Shown piece by piece: positions 36,701 to 50,128 of a stretch of DNA of 64,000 nt. Positions within the stretch are counted from its first letter, which is position 1. Every line of letters begins with the position of its first letter. Location: assembly GCA_028534125.1 (NCBI GenBank), contig CM052816.1, positions 63,180,001 to 63,244,000 of the forward strand, read 5' to 3'. Position numbers and translations under genes: made by a program. A model generated the notes under the pieces. The model ran no database searches. It was not told where the DNA came from and saw only the letters and a list, made by a program, of their open reading frames with translations. Origin of the DNA: Lama glama (lineage: Eukaryota).

Positions 36701-37194
36701 ATTTCTGAAAGGGAGAAATTGGCTCCCTACTTTTTATTTCTGCTTCATTATCATAAATTCAAGTTACATTAAGTGCTTTTTCTCTTACAAAAAAAAAAAT
36801 GAAAGATTGGATTAAGCTGGGAAATACAACCCTCAGAAGATTAACTCAATTTTTATTTTTATAAATTAGAAGCCCAGGTTATATTTTGAAAGTACCTTTT
36901 ATTTGCAGTTCTGATTTTTTAAGTTGTCCTTATTTTCACTAATTTAAATCACCATGGGATACAGTTAACATTCTACAATATTTCCAGTACATTTATATTG
37001 TATTTTTAATATATTCTCATGGAATTTTCAAACTGGAAAAAGTCTTAGCCATCCTGTAATGAATTCTCTTACTTCTCTGCATGACAAGTAGTCCAAGAGA
37101 GGCTTTTTTTTTTTTTTGCAACATAACACAGTTACCCAGGGGCAGAATAAAAACCAGAATCTATTTCTCCTTTCATTAAATCACCGATGTACTA

Positions 37195-37385
37195 AGCAAT
37201 CAACTAGGGAGTCCAAATGAGTGCCAGGCACTGCTCTAGACATTGCTTACAAAGCTATTTTCTTCCTTACACTAGTGGGGCTCACAGTATGATAGTGGTG
37301 ACAGTCATGTAACAGATAATTAGGATGCAATGTGGAAAATGCAACCACGGAGGCGTGCGCAGGACACAACAAGAATAGGATGGGC
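37195..37385 (-). mobile_element. L2 3' end
   Basis: GTGCCAGGCACTGCTCTAGAC...GGGGCTCACAGT. Confidence 0.55.
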
Positions 37386-40149
37386 GTGATTTTGCTGTTG
37401 TTGCTGTTATCGAAGCTACAACTATATTTTTCCCCTTAATAGCATGCACCAAGCTTTATTAAACTTTGTGTTAAAGTGTTGTGTGCCTACAGAAAAGTGT
37501 ATCCACCATTTTCATAAAATGAATTTATCACGTGATCAGCACTAAAATCAAGAAACAGAATATTTGGTAATCCCGCCTGGGAACGTGGAGCAATTCCTCC
37601 CCGGAGGGGCCACGTGAGGTGATTCCCAGTTCACTGTTCTCTGCACTGCACCACATGGCCTTCTTGTTAAAGCCCACTAAAATCTCCCCAAACTCACAGA
37701 TGCCGCAGAAACCTCTTCTAAAGTGATTACGACAGTAAGCACATTGAGGAGTACTGACAGGGGTTCTCATTTTTCCTGGTTTTATCATCTTTGTAATAGT
37801 CCATGATGGTTTTTCTCAAGTCTTTGGGACTGGGACAGCTTCAGTCCTTTGGGATTGGTCTTTAGGTGCTTAGTGGCAAAAGGAAAGCAAACTGGAAGGA
37901 CTATCTAATGCTGTGAAAATGCCTGTGACCAAAAAACACCTGGGACATTGACATTTCTACTCTAACAAATGTACTGTAGGCTTGCTGCTAACACCAATCC
38001 TAATTATTAAATTAATTCTTAATGTTGATCCATTTTCTTTTAAATTAGCACTGGGAATGAACACGTGAAGTGCTAACAGGGGTGGAAAGCACAAGACGTG
38101 AAACGCTGCCCTGAGGGGGATTCAGTGTGACTTCCACTGCTGGTCCCTTGGTTATATTTCATGAAATCAGATTTGCCTTTCATTCCTTTGTTAAGCTTTT
38201 TTCATTAAAAGGAAATCTGTATTGCTTCCCAAATTGTGTGATCCCACAACTCAAACAACTAGCTAAAAAGTCATCACAAACCAGACGCTATTATATCAAA
38301 TTTATGTGAAAAACACTAGTCACTGCTTAATTTTATACCACTCCAAAGGCCCCGGTTAGCGATGTTGCTATGGCTGAAAATAATGTCTGTGGGTTTGATA
38401 AACATATGAATCTTGTGAAGTCCTACAGGTAGCTCTAGCTTCACAAAAATGTCTGTATTATTCAAAATCTGGCTGCAAAAGTTGGCTGCTTTAATAATTT
38501 TCATCACTATTATGGAAATTACTCTCTATATCCTCTGTTGTTTCTGCCTCAGAATTGAGGGGAAAACATAGTACACAGTATTTTGTTGTCACTGGATTTA
38601 GGGTTATCTCAAAGAGATATGCAGTGGTGTTACAAACTCCAGAACAACATCTCTTTCATCTTTAAATGATGTATCTATTTCCTTCCAGATGTTCTAGCTC
38701 AGGAAAGAATCCTTGGCAATTCCTTCAAATTATAATTCAAGTCAAACTTTTACCTCTAAAACACACCACTTAACAAAAAATAAATCTATGAACCAGAACT
38801 ATCTGAAAGAGGATGAAACAGATCTTAACACAACTACATCTCTAGTTGTGGCCTTGCCATATCCTTGAGTCACCAGCTGGTCCAACCTAACAGTTGTACC
38901 AAATTTCCCATCACCAAACTTCCTCCCCTTCTGAGCATGAAATCAATGACTCCCAAGTTGTAATTTAACATGGATGGTTCTTCTTCCTAGATGTTATTCA
39001 AACATCTTGGCTCTACATTAACTCCAGTGAGCATAAGAATGAGCAAGGCTTTCTCGGGTCCAGGCAGAGAGGTGACCTGCAGGCTGACTCTACGAAGTAG
39101 CAGCTTTCTCTGTCTTCTTTCTCAGCCTTCTCTATCAGGGAGGAACCTTCTAAAACCTTTTTTCACTTCTGATCTTGGATACAAGCATGGCACTTCCAGA
39201 CAGTTTTAAGTCTGGCAGTGTGTATGATGGCGAAAAACTCACCTTTGAATGAATCCCCCAACTGGGAGCCCACAATTTGAAAATGGAGTCATTTAATCAG
39301 ATCCTTCCATCATCCCCAGGCAATTTATGAATTTGTACACTAGGTAACCTTAGCACATATGTACTCTTGGCAGGCAGAATTGAGGACAAATAATTCTGCA
39401 ACAAGTGGTTTAAAATTAACGGCTAAAAAAGTGACTAACTGCACATTAAGTCCCTATTCATACAGTTGAGTCCTATGTAGAATCTGCGAAGTCTTTAGCT
39501 ATCTGAAAATAAAGATCAAATGGTCTATTATACTGAAGCCTAAGTAGGCACAATTTTTAAACGGGCTGATTAGAGCTGGAGACTCTCTGTGCTTTTCAGG
39601 CTTTGCCAAATCTATATATATAAACACAGCCTCTATGGAGTTCCTCTTGCACAGTTATAATTTTATGGTTCATTTATGAATTCCCCAATGGGTCAGGATT
39701 AGCTCGGTGGAAGCTTATTTTCCTTTCTGTGAGATGATTACTTGACTCAACCCACAGTCATACCAGGGCTCGTTAATAACATAATGTACTGGGAACTGAG
39801 CTGTCTGCCCAAAAGTTGCACCAACTTTCTCTTCCTCGGGCCTGGCAAATTCTGAGATACTGATAAGAAGGAAGCAGGCATGACTGTGGTCACTTCCATT
39901 TCTGCAGACTTCTCCCCCTGTACGCAATCAGTGCAAGCGGGGACCTTCCATACAGAAAGGACGCTATGTCACATTTCACCCAAGTCCCGTGGTGGACTCT
40001 TCAGCCTCACTCATTCTTCCCCCACCTGCAAGGCCAATCACAGCAAACAGAAGCAGCAGGAATCAGGGAGAGGAGAGTCAACTAGCCACAATTTCCCACC
40101 CCATCTCACCACTTGTTCCCCCTCAGCCTTCCTTCTCACCTGTCAGAGA

Positions 40150-40303
40150 CACCTAAGTCCCAACAGAATAACCTAGTGATCTGATTAAAAATGCAGATAT
40201 TGAGGACCTACTGGATCAGAAACAGGGAAAAGGTGGCCAGGAATCAGGATTCTAACAAACCCCTTACATCACTCTTAGCACACTGAGTTTTTAGAACTTC
40301 CAG
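40150..40303. mobile_element. hAT-Charlie MITE (MER5-like)
   Basis: CAGAATAACCTAG...TTAAAAATGCAGAT...ACCTACTGGATCAGAA...CCAGGAATC...TTCTAACAAAC...AGTTTTTAGAAC. Confidence 0.72.
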
Positions 40304-42360
40304 CCCAGGCACTGCCTTAGGGGAGCAGTAAAAACAGGAGAGTAGTGGTCCAGGTCTCATGCTGACAATCCACAGCCCACATAATTGGGCTCCCCAGGCA
40401 TCACTGACATGATCTAGCAAATCCTACTACTCTTTTTCTATTACAAAGGCAGGGCACAGCATGAGGGGTCCTCAAACCTTGGTAGAGAAGGCAGGCAAAT
40501 GCAACTACCTTTCACTGCAGCAAACACACCCCAACCAACAGAGCTCCCCAAACCCCAGTTTTAAAGCCTGGCTCTACCGTGACTCTACCTGGCTTGGCCC
40601 TGTCTGACTCCCATGCTGCCTGGATCAGGAAGCTATTTTCATGCTTCCTGGACGAATTCAATAGTGAGCGTGTCCAAGATGCTGCTCTCTCGAATGAAAA
40701 GGCTCACACTGAATTCTCCTTTCTCTCCTCCCCTTCTGGCCCCAATCTTTCCTGGGTCTCTCTCATCTGTTAGTAGCTTTAGAGAAAAAAGTCTAACTGA
40801 AATCACCTGAGAACTTGCTCTTACTAACTAATTGGGTTTTAGCTTAATAGCAGAAATAGCCCTCACCACGGCTATCCTTGACGTTGAAGCGCTGGGAATC
40901 AGCTACTTTAAAACAAAGGGGTCAAGTACTATAAATTTGTCCTTCAACCACGCTGTTGTGCGATTTATAAACTTATTTTGCGTTCCACGTGATCATCAGG
41001 GCTACGATTCACCTTAAAAACATTATTAAAAGGTATAACATAGCTTCAGGTGGTAAGAAATCATCGTCACTGTAGAGACTTACTTTTCTTCTACAAGTAC
41101 AATGTCAAGGCTGTGAACTACATTTTGTTTATTTAAAAGATGAAGTAAATAAAATTCAGAACATTTTGTTTTATCACAGATGGTTCAATATGCAAAAGAT
41201 TACTCCACTAAAAATTGCCCACAGAAGTAGCTGGGATGCTCTGATAAATGAGCAGCATAGTTTCAATGTGTTTAAATGTTTGAAATACACTGAACAAATG
41301 CTGAATCACACTGAACTAGCAGCCACACTTACCTTCCATGATTATTTTTTAAAGAATACAACAGAATGAATTGGCATATGCTGGGCAAAATGTTATGCAA
41401 ATTTTGATATTTTCTCAACAGTACAAATTGAAATGTGGCTTACTGTTGCAATAATCGGTTTATAGGTGATATTCTTAGGGAATGTGGCAATCACAGATGA
41501 CAACACATATTTAAAATTATTTGTAATTTTTCTTACTATAGAAGTAATATAGAAAGTGTATCAAATAAAAAGATTTTTAAATAAATAGAATAAAATTAAA
41601 ATGGTATGTTTTATTATCCAACACTATTCAACCATAACTATTATCTATTCAATAAGTATAGTTAATACTTTGATAACTATTATTGCAATCTATTTTGTAA
41701 CATGGCTTAGTATCTTCTTCCAATATATTTGCAGACTACTATCTATCTGTTAAACAATTTATGAAGACAAAAGGGATCTCCCTTCTCTTCTAACTGGTTT
41801 TTACTACGTATAGGAAAACTACAAATATTTTATAAGTAAACACCTGTCTGAACTCTCTTATTAGTTGTAATTTCATTTCAATTACTTCAATTACATTTTC
41901 AAGTAGGAAATTATATCATTTGAGAAAAATATTTTTCTTCTCTAGTTATAGCTATATATTTTCTTACTTAAACGTCCAGAATCTTGTCAAAGGAGAATAG
42001 AATGGGATACCCTTGTTTCTTATAAATTTCAAAGCAATGATTCTAGAGGTTTCCATGAAGTATGATGCTAGCAATTAGTTTCAGACAGAAAATCTTAATC
42101 ATTTCAGTGAGATATCTTTCTATGTCTACTAAGACATTTTAAAATCAGAATTGATATTTAAAATCTTTGGATTTCTACTAAGGTGATCAAATCTACTTTT
42201 CCTTTGACTCTGATAAATTACAAACAAGTTTTCTAATATTAACCATCCTTGTATTCCTACAACTATCCTTCATCACCATAGTTTAACCTTTTAATATAGT
42301 GCTTATCACCACTTGTGTTTTAGTATTACGACTCTGTTTTAATAATGGTAGGCTTTTTCT

Positions 42361-42709
42361 AAAAAAATGAACATAAATACAAAACAGAAACAGACTCACA
42401 GACATTCAATACAAACTTGTGGTTGCCAGGGGGGAAGGGGGTGGGAAGGGACAGACTGGGAGTTCGAAATTTGTAGATACTGACAGGCGTATGTAGAATA
42501 GATAAACAAGATTATACTGTATAGCATAGGAAAATATATGCAAGATCTTGTGGTAGCTCACAGTGAAAAAGAATGCAACAATGAATCTATGCATGTTCAT
42601 GTATAACTGAAAACTTGTGATCTACTCTGGAAATTGACACATTGTAAACTGACTATAACTCAAAAAAAAAAAAAAAGTCCTAGGAAAGATTTCAAAAGTT
42701 AAAAAAAAA
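42361..42709 (+). mobile_element. Young L1 3' end with double poly(A) tail and TSD
   Basis: L1 3' UTR runs to A15 (42662-42676), then 24 unique nt, then A9. GTAGGCTTTTTCTAAAAA is repeated at 42348-42365 and 42712-42729. Confidence 0.93.
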
Positions 42710-43487
42710 TTGTAGGCTTTTTCTAAAAATACCTTTTTAAAAATATCTTAATCATTTTTTCTTATTGCAAAAGTACTACTCTATTATTACAAAATATTAA
42801 AATAAAGACATATGAAAAGAAAAAAGTGGAATTCCCGCATGATCCTTCAATTCCTCCTCTGAAAATTATCACTATTAATTCTTTGGCTTATTTTGAATTT
42901 AGTAAATTCCCTACTGATAGATGTTTAGATAGATTCAAGTTTTTTGCTATTATAAACAATACTGTAGTGAGTAATCACATATATATATAGACTTCTGCAT
43001 ATATGTGGGAATATCTCTATAAAATAGATTCCCAGATGTATAACTGCTTTTGTAAATATTCTATTTTAATAGATATAGCTAAACTGACACTTCAAAACAC
43101 GTACCAATATAAGCTGCCACCAACTAATGTGTAAAAGAAAAACTTTCCTCATGCTTTTGACACATTTATATTATCAATATTTTAATCATTAATAATGACA
43201 GTTGAAAAAGCTATCTCATTAAGTCATGTTAATTTAATAATTAGTGGGAATGAAGATCTTTTCATATTTATTAGCCATTTGTGTTCCTTATTGTACAAAT
43301 CATCTCTTCACAAATGTGTCCATTTGTCTATTAAGTGGTGTATCTTTTTCTTATTAACTTTTAGGTGTTCATTGTGTATAAGGCACAATGGCTTCTGATT
43401 GTGACTAGGTGTTGCTAATAATTTCCTGTTTGTCATTTTTCTTTTGATTTTATCCTGAATTTTGCTGTGCTCATTTTTGTGTGATAT

Positions 43488-43925
43488 AAGGCAGTGTGGT
43501 GTAGGTGTAGGTATATAAGGCAGCAGAGCCACAGAGTGAATTTGAGGTCTGAGGTCAAACTAACTGGATTCAGAATTGCAGCTTTACCATTTACTTACTG
43601 TTAACTTAACCATTCTCTACCTTGGTTTCCAAACCATAAAAGAGTTGTAGTAAGAAAATAGACTGTAACTCTTTAGGTTAAGGGTATTAAATGAGTAAAA
43701 GAAAATTTATGGGGGAGTGTATAGCTCAGGTGGTAGAGTGCATGCTTAGCATGCACAGGTCCTGGGTTCAATCCCCAGTACCTCCTCTAAAAATAAATAA
43801 ACCTAATTACTTCCTCCCCATAAAATAAAAAAATGATAATATGGAAATTTTTTTAATAACATTTAAAGAGCCAAAAATGGTACCTAGCACTTGAAAATGC
43901 TCAATAAATATTGGTAGCTCTTCCT
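43488..43925 (+). mobile_element. MIR split by a SINE
   Basis: AGGCAGTGTGGTGTAG...CTGGATTCAGAATTGCAGC..., resuming with GGTACCTAGCAC...TGCTCAATAAATATT. Confidence 0.7.
43711..43858 (+). mobile_element. Vic-1-like tRNA-Ala SINE, near full length
   Basis: GGGGGAGTGTATAGCTCAGGTGGTAGAGTGCATGCTTAGCATGCACAGGTCCTGGGTTCAATCCCCAGTACCTCC followed by AATAAATAAACCTAATTAC. Confidence 0.95.
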
Positions 43926-44814
43926 ATTGTCCATAATTATCCAAACTTTTTTATGGGTTTGGAATTTCAGGTCAATCCATAATTAGGAAGATATCTACCC
44001 AAATATATTTTTAACATGAATAGGAAGCCATGCTTCCTGCTATAGCTTTTATTGTCTTTTTATTTAGTTGGCAAGTTTTTTGTTTGTAAGTATATATCTG
44101 TGATCTGCCTAGAATTCATATCAGTGAATCTAGGTTAGTTATTGTCCAAAAAAACTACACAATTTTTCTAGCACTTTTTTTTCTAAATAATCTATCTTTA
44201 TTTCATTGATTTGAAATGCCATCTTCATTACATAAAGCTCCATTTTTTTAAAATTTACCCTCAGAGTATCTCAGAATTACATTGTCATAACACGTTTTAA
44301 TATTTGGCAAGGTAAGCTCTGTTAATATTTCCTCTGTTTTAAAACTTTTTCATTTTTTCACATTCTTTCAGAAAATTATTAGTCATTTTGTCAAGTTTCA
44401 GAAAAAGTCTGTTGATGATTTGGAAATTCCCTGTTTATAGATTGATTTAGGGAGAACTTTACATTTTTACATTAATTGATCCTATCTAAAGCCAATTTCT
44501 TCTAGTTTTTCAAAACCTTTATTTAATCTATATTTTTCTAATAATTTCAATGAAGAATGAAATGGCAAAATTTGAGTTTCTATTTGAAGTAAGGATTTTA
44601 GAGCACTTTTACCCTCTCCCTTACTTGCACCGTATTACACTTGCTTCTTGGTCTTGTTAATACTGGGGATACTTTCTCTCACTATTATACATAATTCCAA
44701 AAAGTAATGTAATATTAATCTTTGAAAAGTAATTTTGTATTTTCATAACCAGAATTAAATCCATAAGTAGTTTCCAAATACAGAGGGTGTGATTTCTTTA
44801 ACTATCTTTTTGTT

Positions 44815-46305
44815 AACAATATTTTAAAGGCTTTAATATTTATAGCAGTTGTAGGTTCACATCAGTATTAATCAGAAGGTACAGAGTTTCCATATATCCT
44901 GACCCCACACACACTCACAGCCTCCCCCACTATCAACACCCCACACCAGTGTCACGTTTGTTATAATCAATGAACCTGCATTGACAGATCACCACCCAAA
45001 GTCCATAGCTTACATCAGGGTTCACTATTGGTGTTATACATTCTGTGGGTTTTGACAAATGTGTAATGATGCGTATCCACCATTATAGTATTATACGGAA
45101 TAGTTTCACTGCCGTAAAATTCCTCTGTGCTCCACTCTTCATTCTTCTCTACTCCCCAACCCCCAGTAACCACTGATCTTTTTATGGTCTCCATAGTTTT
45201 GCCTTTTCTGGAATGTGAAATAGTTGGAATAATACAGTAGGTAGTCTTTTCAGATTGGCTTCTTTCACTTACTAACATGCATTTAAGGTTCCTCCATGTC
45301 TTTTTATGATTTGATAGCACATCTCTTTTTAGTGCTGTATAATATTCTATCCTCTGTACATACCATAGTTCATTAATACATTTGCCCACTTTGTTGCTTC
45401 TAAGTTTGGACAATTATAAAGCTGCCATACACATGTGTGTGCAGATTTTCCTGTGGATAAGATTTCAACTCCTTTGGGTAAATACCAAGGACTGTGATAG
45501 CTGGACCTGAAAGTAAAAGTATGTTTAATCTTTTAAGAAATTGCTAAACTCTCTTCCAAAGTGGCTGTACACATTTTGCATTCCCATCAGCAATGAATGA
45601 GAATTCCTATTGTTCCACACCCTCACCAGCACTTGGTGTTGTCAGTGTTCTGGATTTTGGCCAATGTAATGGGTGTGTAGTGGTATCTTATTGTCATTTT
45701 AATTTGCAATCCCTTAAGGACATAATATAGAGTATCTTTTCAAATGCTTATTTGCCATCTGTTTATCTTCTTTGGTGAGGTGTCTGTTCAAGTCTGGCCC
45801 ATTAGTTAATTCTTTTTTTCTTTTTTATTGTTGAATTTTAAGAATTCTTTGGACATTTCAAACAGTCCTTTACCAGTATGTCTTTTGCAAATATTTACTC
45901 GTTGTCTATGGCTTGTCTTCTCATTCTCTTGATAATGTGTTTTCATTACCTTTAATGAAAATTCAGCTTATCAATTATATATTTCATGTTATCGTGTCTT
46001 TGGTGTTGTATCCAAAAAGTCATCACCATACTCAAGGTCATCTAGACTTGGTCCTATGTTATCTTCTAAGAGCTTTATAGTTTGGCACTTTACAATTAGA
46101 TCTATGATCCATTTTAAAGTGTAAGTTGTGTCCAGATTCACTTTTTTGTATGTGGATGTCCAGTTGCTCCAGCACCATTTGTTGAATAGACTAACTTTTC
46201 TCCATTGTGTTGCCTTTGCTCCTTTGTCAAAAATCAGTTCACTGTATTTATGTGAGTTTACTCCTGGACTTTCTGTTCTTGTCCATTGATCTATTTCTCT
46301 ATCCT
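44815..46305 (-). mobile_element. L1 (L1MA/MB-like) ORF2 end and 3' UTR
   Basis: ORF 45015..45413 is ORF2-end-like (TWRNLKCMLVSERSQSEKTTYCIIP). TTCCAAAGTGGCTGTAC...TTTTGCATTCCCATCAGCAATGAATGAG. Confidence 0.9.
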
Positions 46306-47529
46306 TTTGTTATCAATATTTTAGTTTATTCCATTTTTGTCAATGATCATGGTCTATGTGATAAGTTCACTACATTTGTAGAGACTTGTTTTGTAGCCTA
46401 CAATATGACCAATTTCTATAAAAGGTTCATATATGCCTTTCAAAAATGTCTTCTAATTTGGTAGGTTCAGAGTTTAACTAATAAATCATAACTTTTTTTC
46501 TTGTTTTTTTAAATTCTTACTTCTCTACTCCAGGTGATTTATCAATGAGAGGTTTATTAAAATTTCCCATTATTATCATGGACTTGTCATTCCATTTTTG
46601 TGATTCTTTCCATTTTTTAATTTATATAATTTGGAAATATGCTGTTAAGAGCTTATAATTTCAAATGGGAAAAAACTGTAAAAGTAGGCTGGAGCCAGAT
46701 TTTGGAGGGTTTTGAATTCCAAATAAAACAGATTTTATTTTGTTTTGCTTTCTTTAAAAAAAAAAGAGCTTCAAAGTTCAAGATAGTTATATCTTCATGG
46801 TGAATTGTTCCTTTTATGATTACATTCCACTTTATCATTACCTTCTTTATTTCTATTAATGCTTTTTTCCCCCAATGTCTAGTTTAACTGATAATAATTT
46901 GGCTACTCCAGCTTTCTTTGCATTAGTGTTTGCATTAGGGCTTGCTTTATATATCTTTTCAAAACTTGTATGACATTTTGGGTTTGATACAGGTATAAAA
47001 TGTAATAGATATAAAATGAATATAGCAGGATTATGTATTTTTATTCAATTTACTAATATATTTTATTAGTTTCACCACATTACCTTATATGTTCTATTTA
47101 ACATTCTTTCATTGGAGAGGAAGATGCTATTTTGTTCTTTCTTGCCTTCTTCAAACTAATCCCATTTTCTTCACTCCCTTTTCTTCTATTCACTGGTTAG
47201 AGGTGAGCATTTTACTTCCCAGCCTCCAATGGATATCCTTAAATTTTTAACACAAATATTTGAATTGACAAAATCAGTATTTTTACCCTTTACCTGAACA
47301 ATAAAAGAATCTTAGATTCTCTCTTCCATGTATCTGAATGTCTAATATTTCCATTCATCTTTATTTTTTAAACCCTCCAAATTAATTTTTTTTAGTAAAT
47401 ACTTATTTAAATTACCTACATGTTTAGAAATCTCCTTGCTTATCACCATTTTTTTATAACTGAATACTCTCTAGGTTAAATTTCTTCCTTCCTGGTGCAC
47501 ATCTTTAAAATTCTTTCTTAGTAACGGTT

Positions 47530-48215
47530 TAAAAAATCCTAGGTCCCAAGAGCTCTGCTTATAGTTCATCACAAGTAAAACAGTCCTGGTTTAATTAGGG
47601 TATATGAGGGAAAGTAAATCAAGTCGTTCTTTTTACAGAAAGTTATATGAAAAAATTACCACAAAAGAACACCATAGTAATGATTCACAAAAGACAAGGA
47701 AAGGTCAAAGAAAGGATGTTATCTTCAGTAGAAACGCCAGTTGAAAAAAGACTTAAAGTATCAGTAAGTTTTTGACTAAAGAGGAGTAGAGGGTGTGATG
47801 GAAATTACTCAGAAGAGAGAATGCAGAGGGCACATTCAGGAGCCAGCCATTTGGGTATGAGTTAAAGTCATTATAAAAGAACAAGGAGACCTAAGATTAT
47901 AAAAATAGTGTAGAGTGGGAGAATGAAAGCCCCTAAAGCCAAGCTAAAGAACACAGATGACTAATCTGGAAAGCCACAGGGAGCTGTTGAAGGTTCTCGA
48001 GTAGTGACATGGCTCAACTGGGTATTTTAGGAAGACCAATCTGATCCCAGAGGTGTGATGAATCAAATGAAAGAGAGGGAAATGGTGGAGACCACTTAAA
48101 AGATTATCCAAATTGTATGATCAAAAAATAATGAAAAACTGAACCACAAAAAGGCAGCCTTGGGATTGAAAAGGGGAAGCCAATTAAAAGAGATACTGCA
48201 GCATTGAATTTCTAC
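47530..48215 (-). mobile_element. L2 fragment
   Basis: AAAGCCACAGGGAGCTGTTGAAGGTT...GTGACATGG...ATTTTAGGAAGACCAATCTG. Confidence 0.6.
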
Positions 48216-48380
48216 ATGGACTTTTTGTTCCTTCAGTCCTTATAAGTCTTCTGGCTCCTGTCAAAGTGCCTGGACTTTATCTTGGATAATGTCTAGTAAC
48301 TGTGTTTTCCCAGTTCCTGTCAGTCAAAAAGGTTTCTCACAAAGTCAGCGATGATCCCTATTCTGAAAGGAAAACAGGAC

Positions 48381-48449
48381 TTTGCCCGCCCAGCTCGGAC
48401 TCACGGTTTGCCCGCCCAGCTCGGACTCACGCCCAGCTCGGACTCACGG
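48381..48449. repeat. Nested perfect tandem duplication (26-bp and 17-bp periods)
   Basis: TTTGCCCGCCCAGCTCGGACTCAC twice, plus a third GCCCAGCTCGGACTCAC. Confidence 0.95.
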
Positions 48450-49589
48450 CCATTTGGTTCCCCTGGGAACTTTCCATCCTTAAATCTGGATTCCCTGAGC
48501 CACTCACACCCTAACCAGACAATAAGTCATAAAGGGATGGGGGAGGTGACAAATAAGCCAAAAGGAAGAAATGAGGGAAACAGGTGGGAGTGATGAGAAT
48601 AGAAAAAAACATTTTGGAGATGTATGCATCTTGTGGTCTTTTATGTATAGGATCCATCAACCTCCACATGTAAATTTGACCTTTACCAAAAGATGGTGGG
48701 TGTCTGATTAATCCAACTTTCCATGCCTATTTCGGTCAAAAGCCTTCTCTTAGGCAGGATTCACACACTGGAAAATGTCAATAAGCTTCAGAGATTGGAC
48801 ACTTTCCAGGATCACAGAAATTCTTTTCCAGAGTCATCAGCACTTGACCACAGAGGGCTAACCAGGACATCCCACTCACCCTCTCCACAGGTGAACAGAG
48901 TGTGATGCCACAGTTATTTTTAAATTATTTTAAAACCCAGTTAGGATCTTCCTCCTTGAGAGTTCACAAACAGTGATAAAGGAGGCCCTCATTTCACACA
49001 AGCCTTGTGGTAAGTTTTCTGAAAATATTTTCAAAGTAACTGTGACAAATCATCTAAAAGAAATCCCTGCCTATCCACGAAAATGGCTCATAGAGTTTAT
49101 TTTCTTGGAATTTAACATTACTTCTATAGTAAATCTTTTACCTGAGTCACATGGATCAATTAAAAGGACAGATGTAAGCCTTAACTCAGTCCAGCATACT
49201 CAGCCTATGCATTTCATAGATAACAGAATAAATGTTCAGAATAAACACACATTAAATTTTGATCATAAATTAGGTTTTTACCTCCTGGGGGAAAACCATG
49301 CTCTCTACTCTTACTCATATTTAATTCAATCAGTCTCCAGGCTGGCAAAAACAAATATTCCTTTAAGCTATGTTTAAAACTATTTTTTGTCTTATATACT
49401 GTAATACATCTCCAAAACCACCATTATTCCACCCACCAAACCAGGTAACAATGCTTCTGAAGTGGAAAGGTATCTAGGCTCCACATCTAAAGAAAGGTAT
49501 CAATTCAAAGTACAGGCATGGAAAAAAACCAAATTATTAAAAGAGGATCTCCAAATCATTTCAAAAACCAGGATAATTATAACCTGAAG

Positions 49590-49712
49590 AAAAAGTACCA
49601 AAAGCACAGGCTACAAAAGAAAAAACAGATAAACCGGACTTCATCAAGACAGAAAATTTTTATCAAAGTACACCATAAACAGAGAAAAAAGGTACCCACA
49701 GAACGGGATATG
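49590..49712 (+). mobile_element. Small L1 ORF2 fragment
   Basis: ACCAAAAGCACAGGCTACAAAAGAAAAAACAGATAAACCGGACTTCATCAA. Confidence 0.7.
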
Positions 49713-49999
49713 CATAGAGAATACAGAGGTGCCAACTGTTTGACCACGGAATAATTTTTTTCCCCTCACGTCACAGATTTTCTTCTACATAAAAAAATTT
49801 CCCAGATGCAATTTAAGTGTAAGAGAGTCAATTAACCTGTATTTTACAAATCACTGTTGGTTATAATGTTATCAAACTTATCACAGAGAAAGGAAGAGCT
49901 ACAGCACTGGCAACTCAGCGTGCTACTCATACTTATTTTTAGTTTAGTTTCTTTAAGCAATGGATAATAAAGGGCATGATTAACAGAATGTACAGTAGT

Positions 50000-50128
50000 G
50001 GGGAGGGGATAGCTCAGTGGTAGAACACACGCTTAGCAAGCACAAGGTCCTGGATTCAATCCCTAGTACCTCCATTAAAAATCATTAAATATAAATAAAT
50101 AAACAAGCAGAACTAATTACCAAGAAAA
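50000..50128 (+). mobile_element. Vic-1-like SINE with TSD
   Basis: GGGGAGGGGATAGCTCAGTGGTAGAAC...GGATTCAATCCCTAGTACCTCCA...CTAATTACC. TSD AGAATGTAYAGTA at 49985-49997 and 50129-50141. Confidence 0.93.

Larger units (their letters stand above)
41700..47520 (-). mobile_element. Mosaic of very old L1 (L1ME-like) ORF2 and 3' fragments hosting younger insertions
   Basis: T-rich antisense L1-like tracts (CCCTTGTTTCTTATAAATTTCAAAG; TTAACCATCCTTGTATTCCT; TTAAAATTTCCCATTATTATCATGGACTTGTC). Confidence 0.6.

Noticed and set aside
37527..38088. Three CACGTG E-boxes within 600 bp
   Set aside because: CACGTG occurs about a dozen more times across the window, and one of these lies in probable old L1 sequence, so enrichment is unconvincing.
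39237..39400. Other donor/acceptor pairs (minus 39243, minus 59621, plus 48890-49009)
   Set aside because: Weak acceptors or stops in all frames and no supporting context; such pairs are expected by chance in 64 kb.
43711..43790. Apparent tRNA-Ala(AGC) genes here and at 4343 and 50000
   Set aside because: They have extra 5' bases, indels, a shared non-tRNA tail and TSDs, so they are SINEs rather than tRNA genes.
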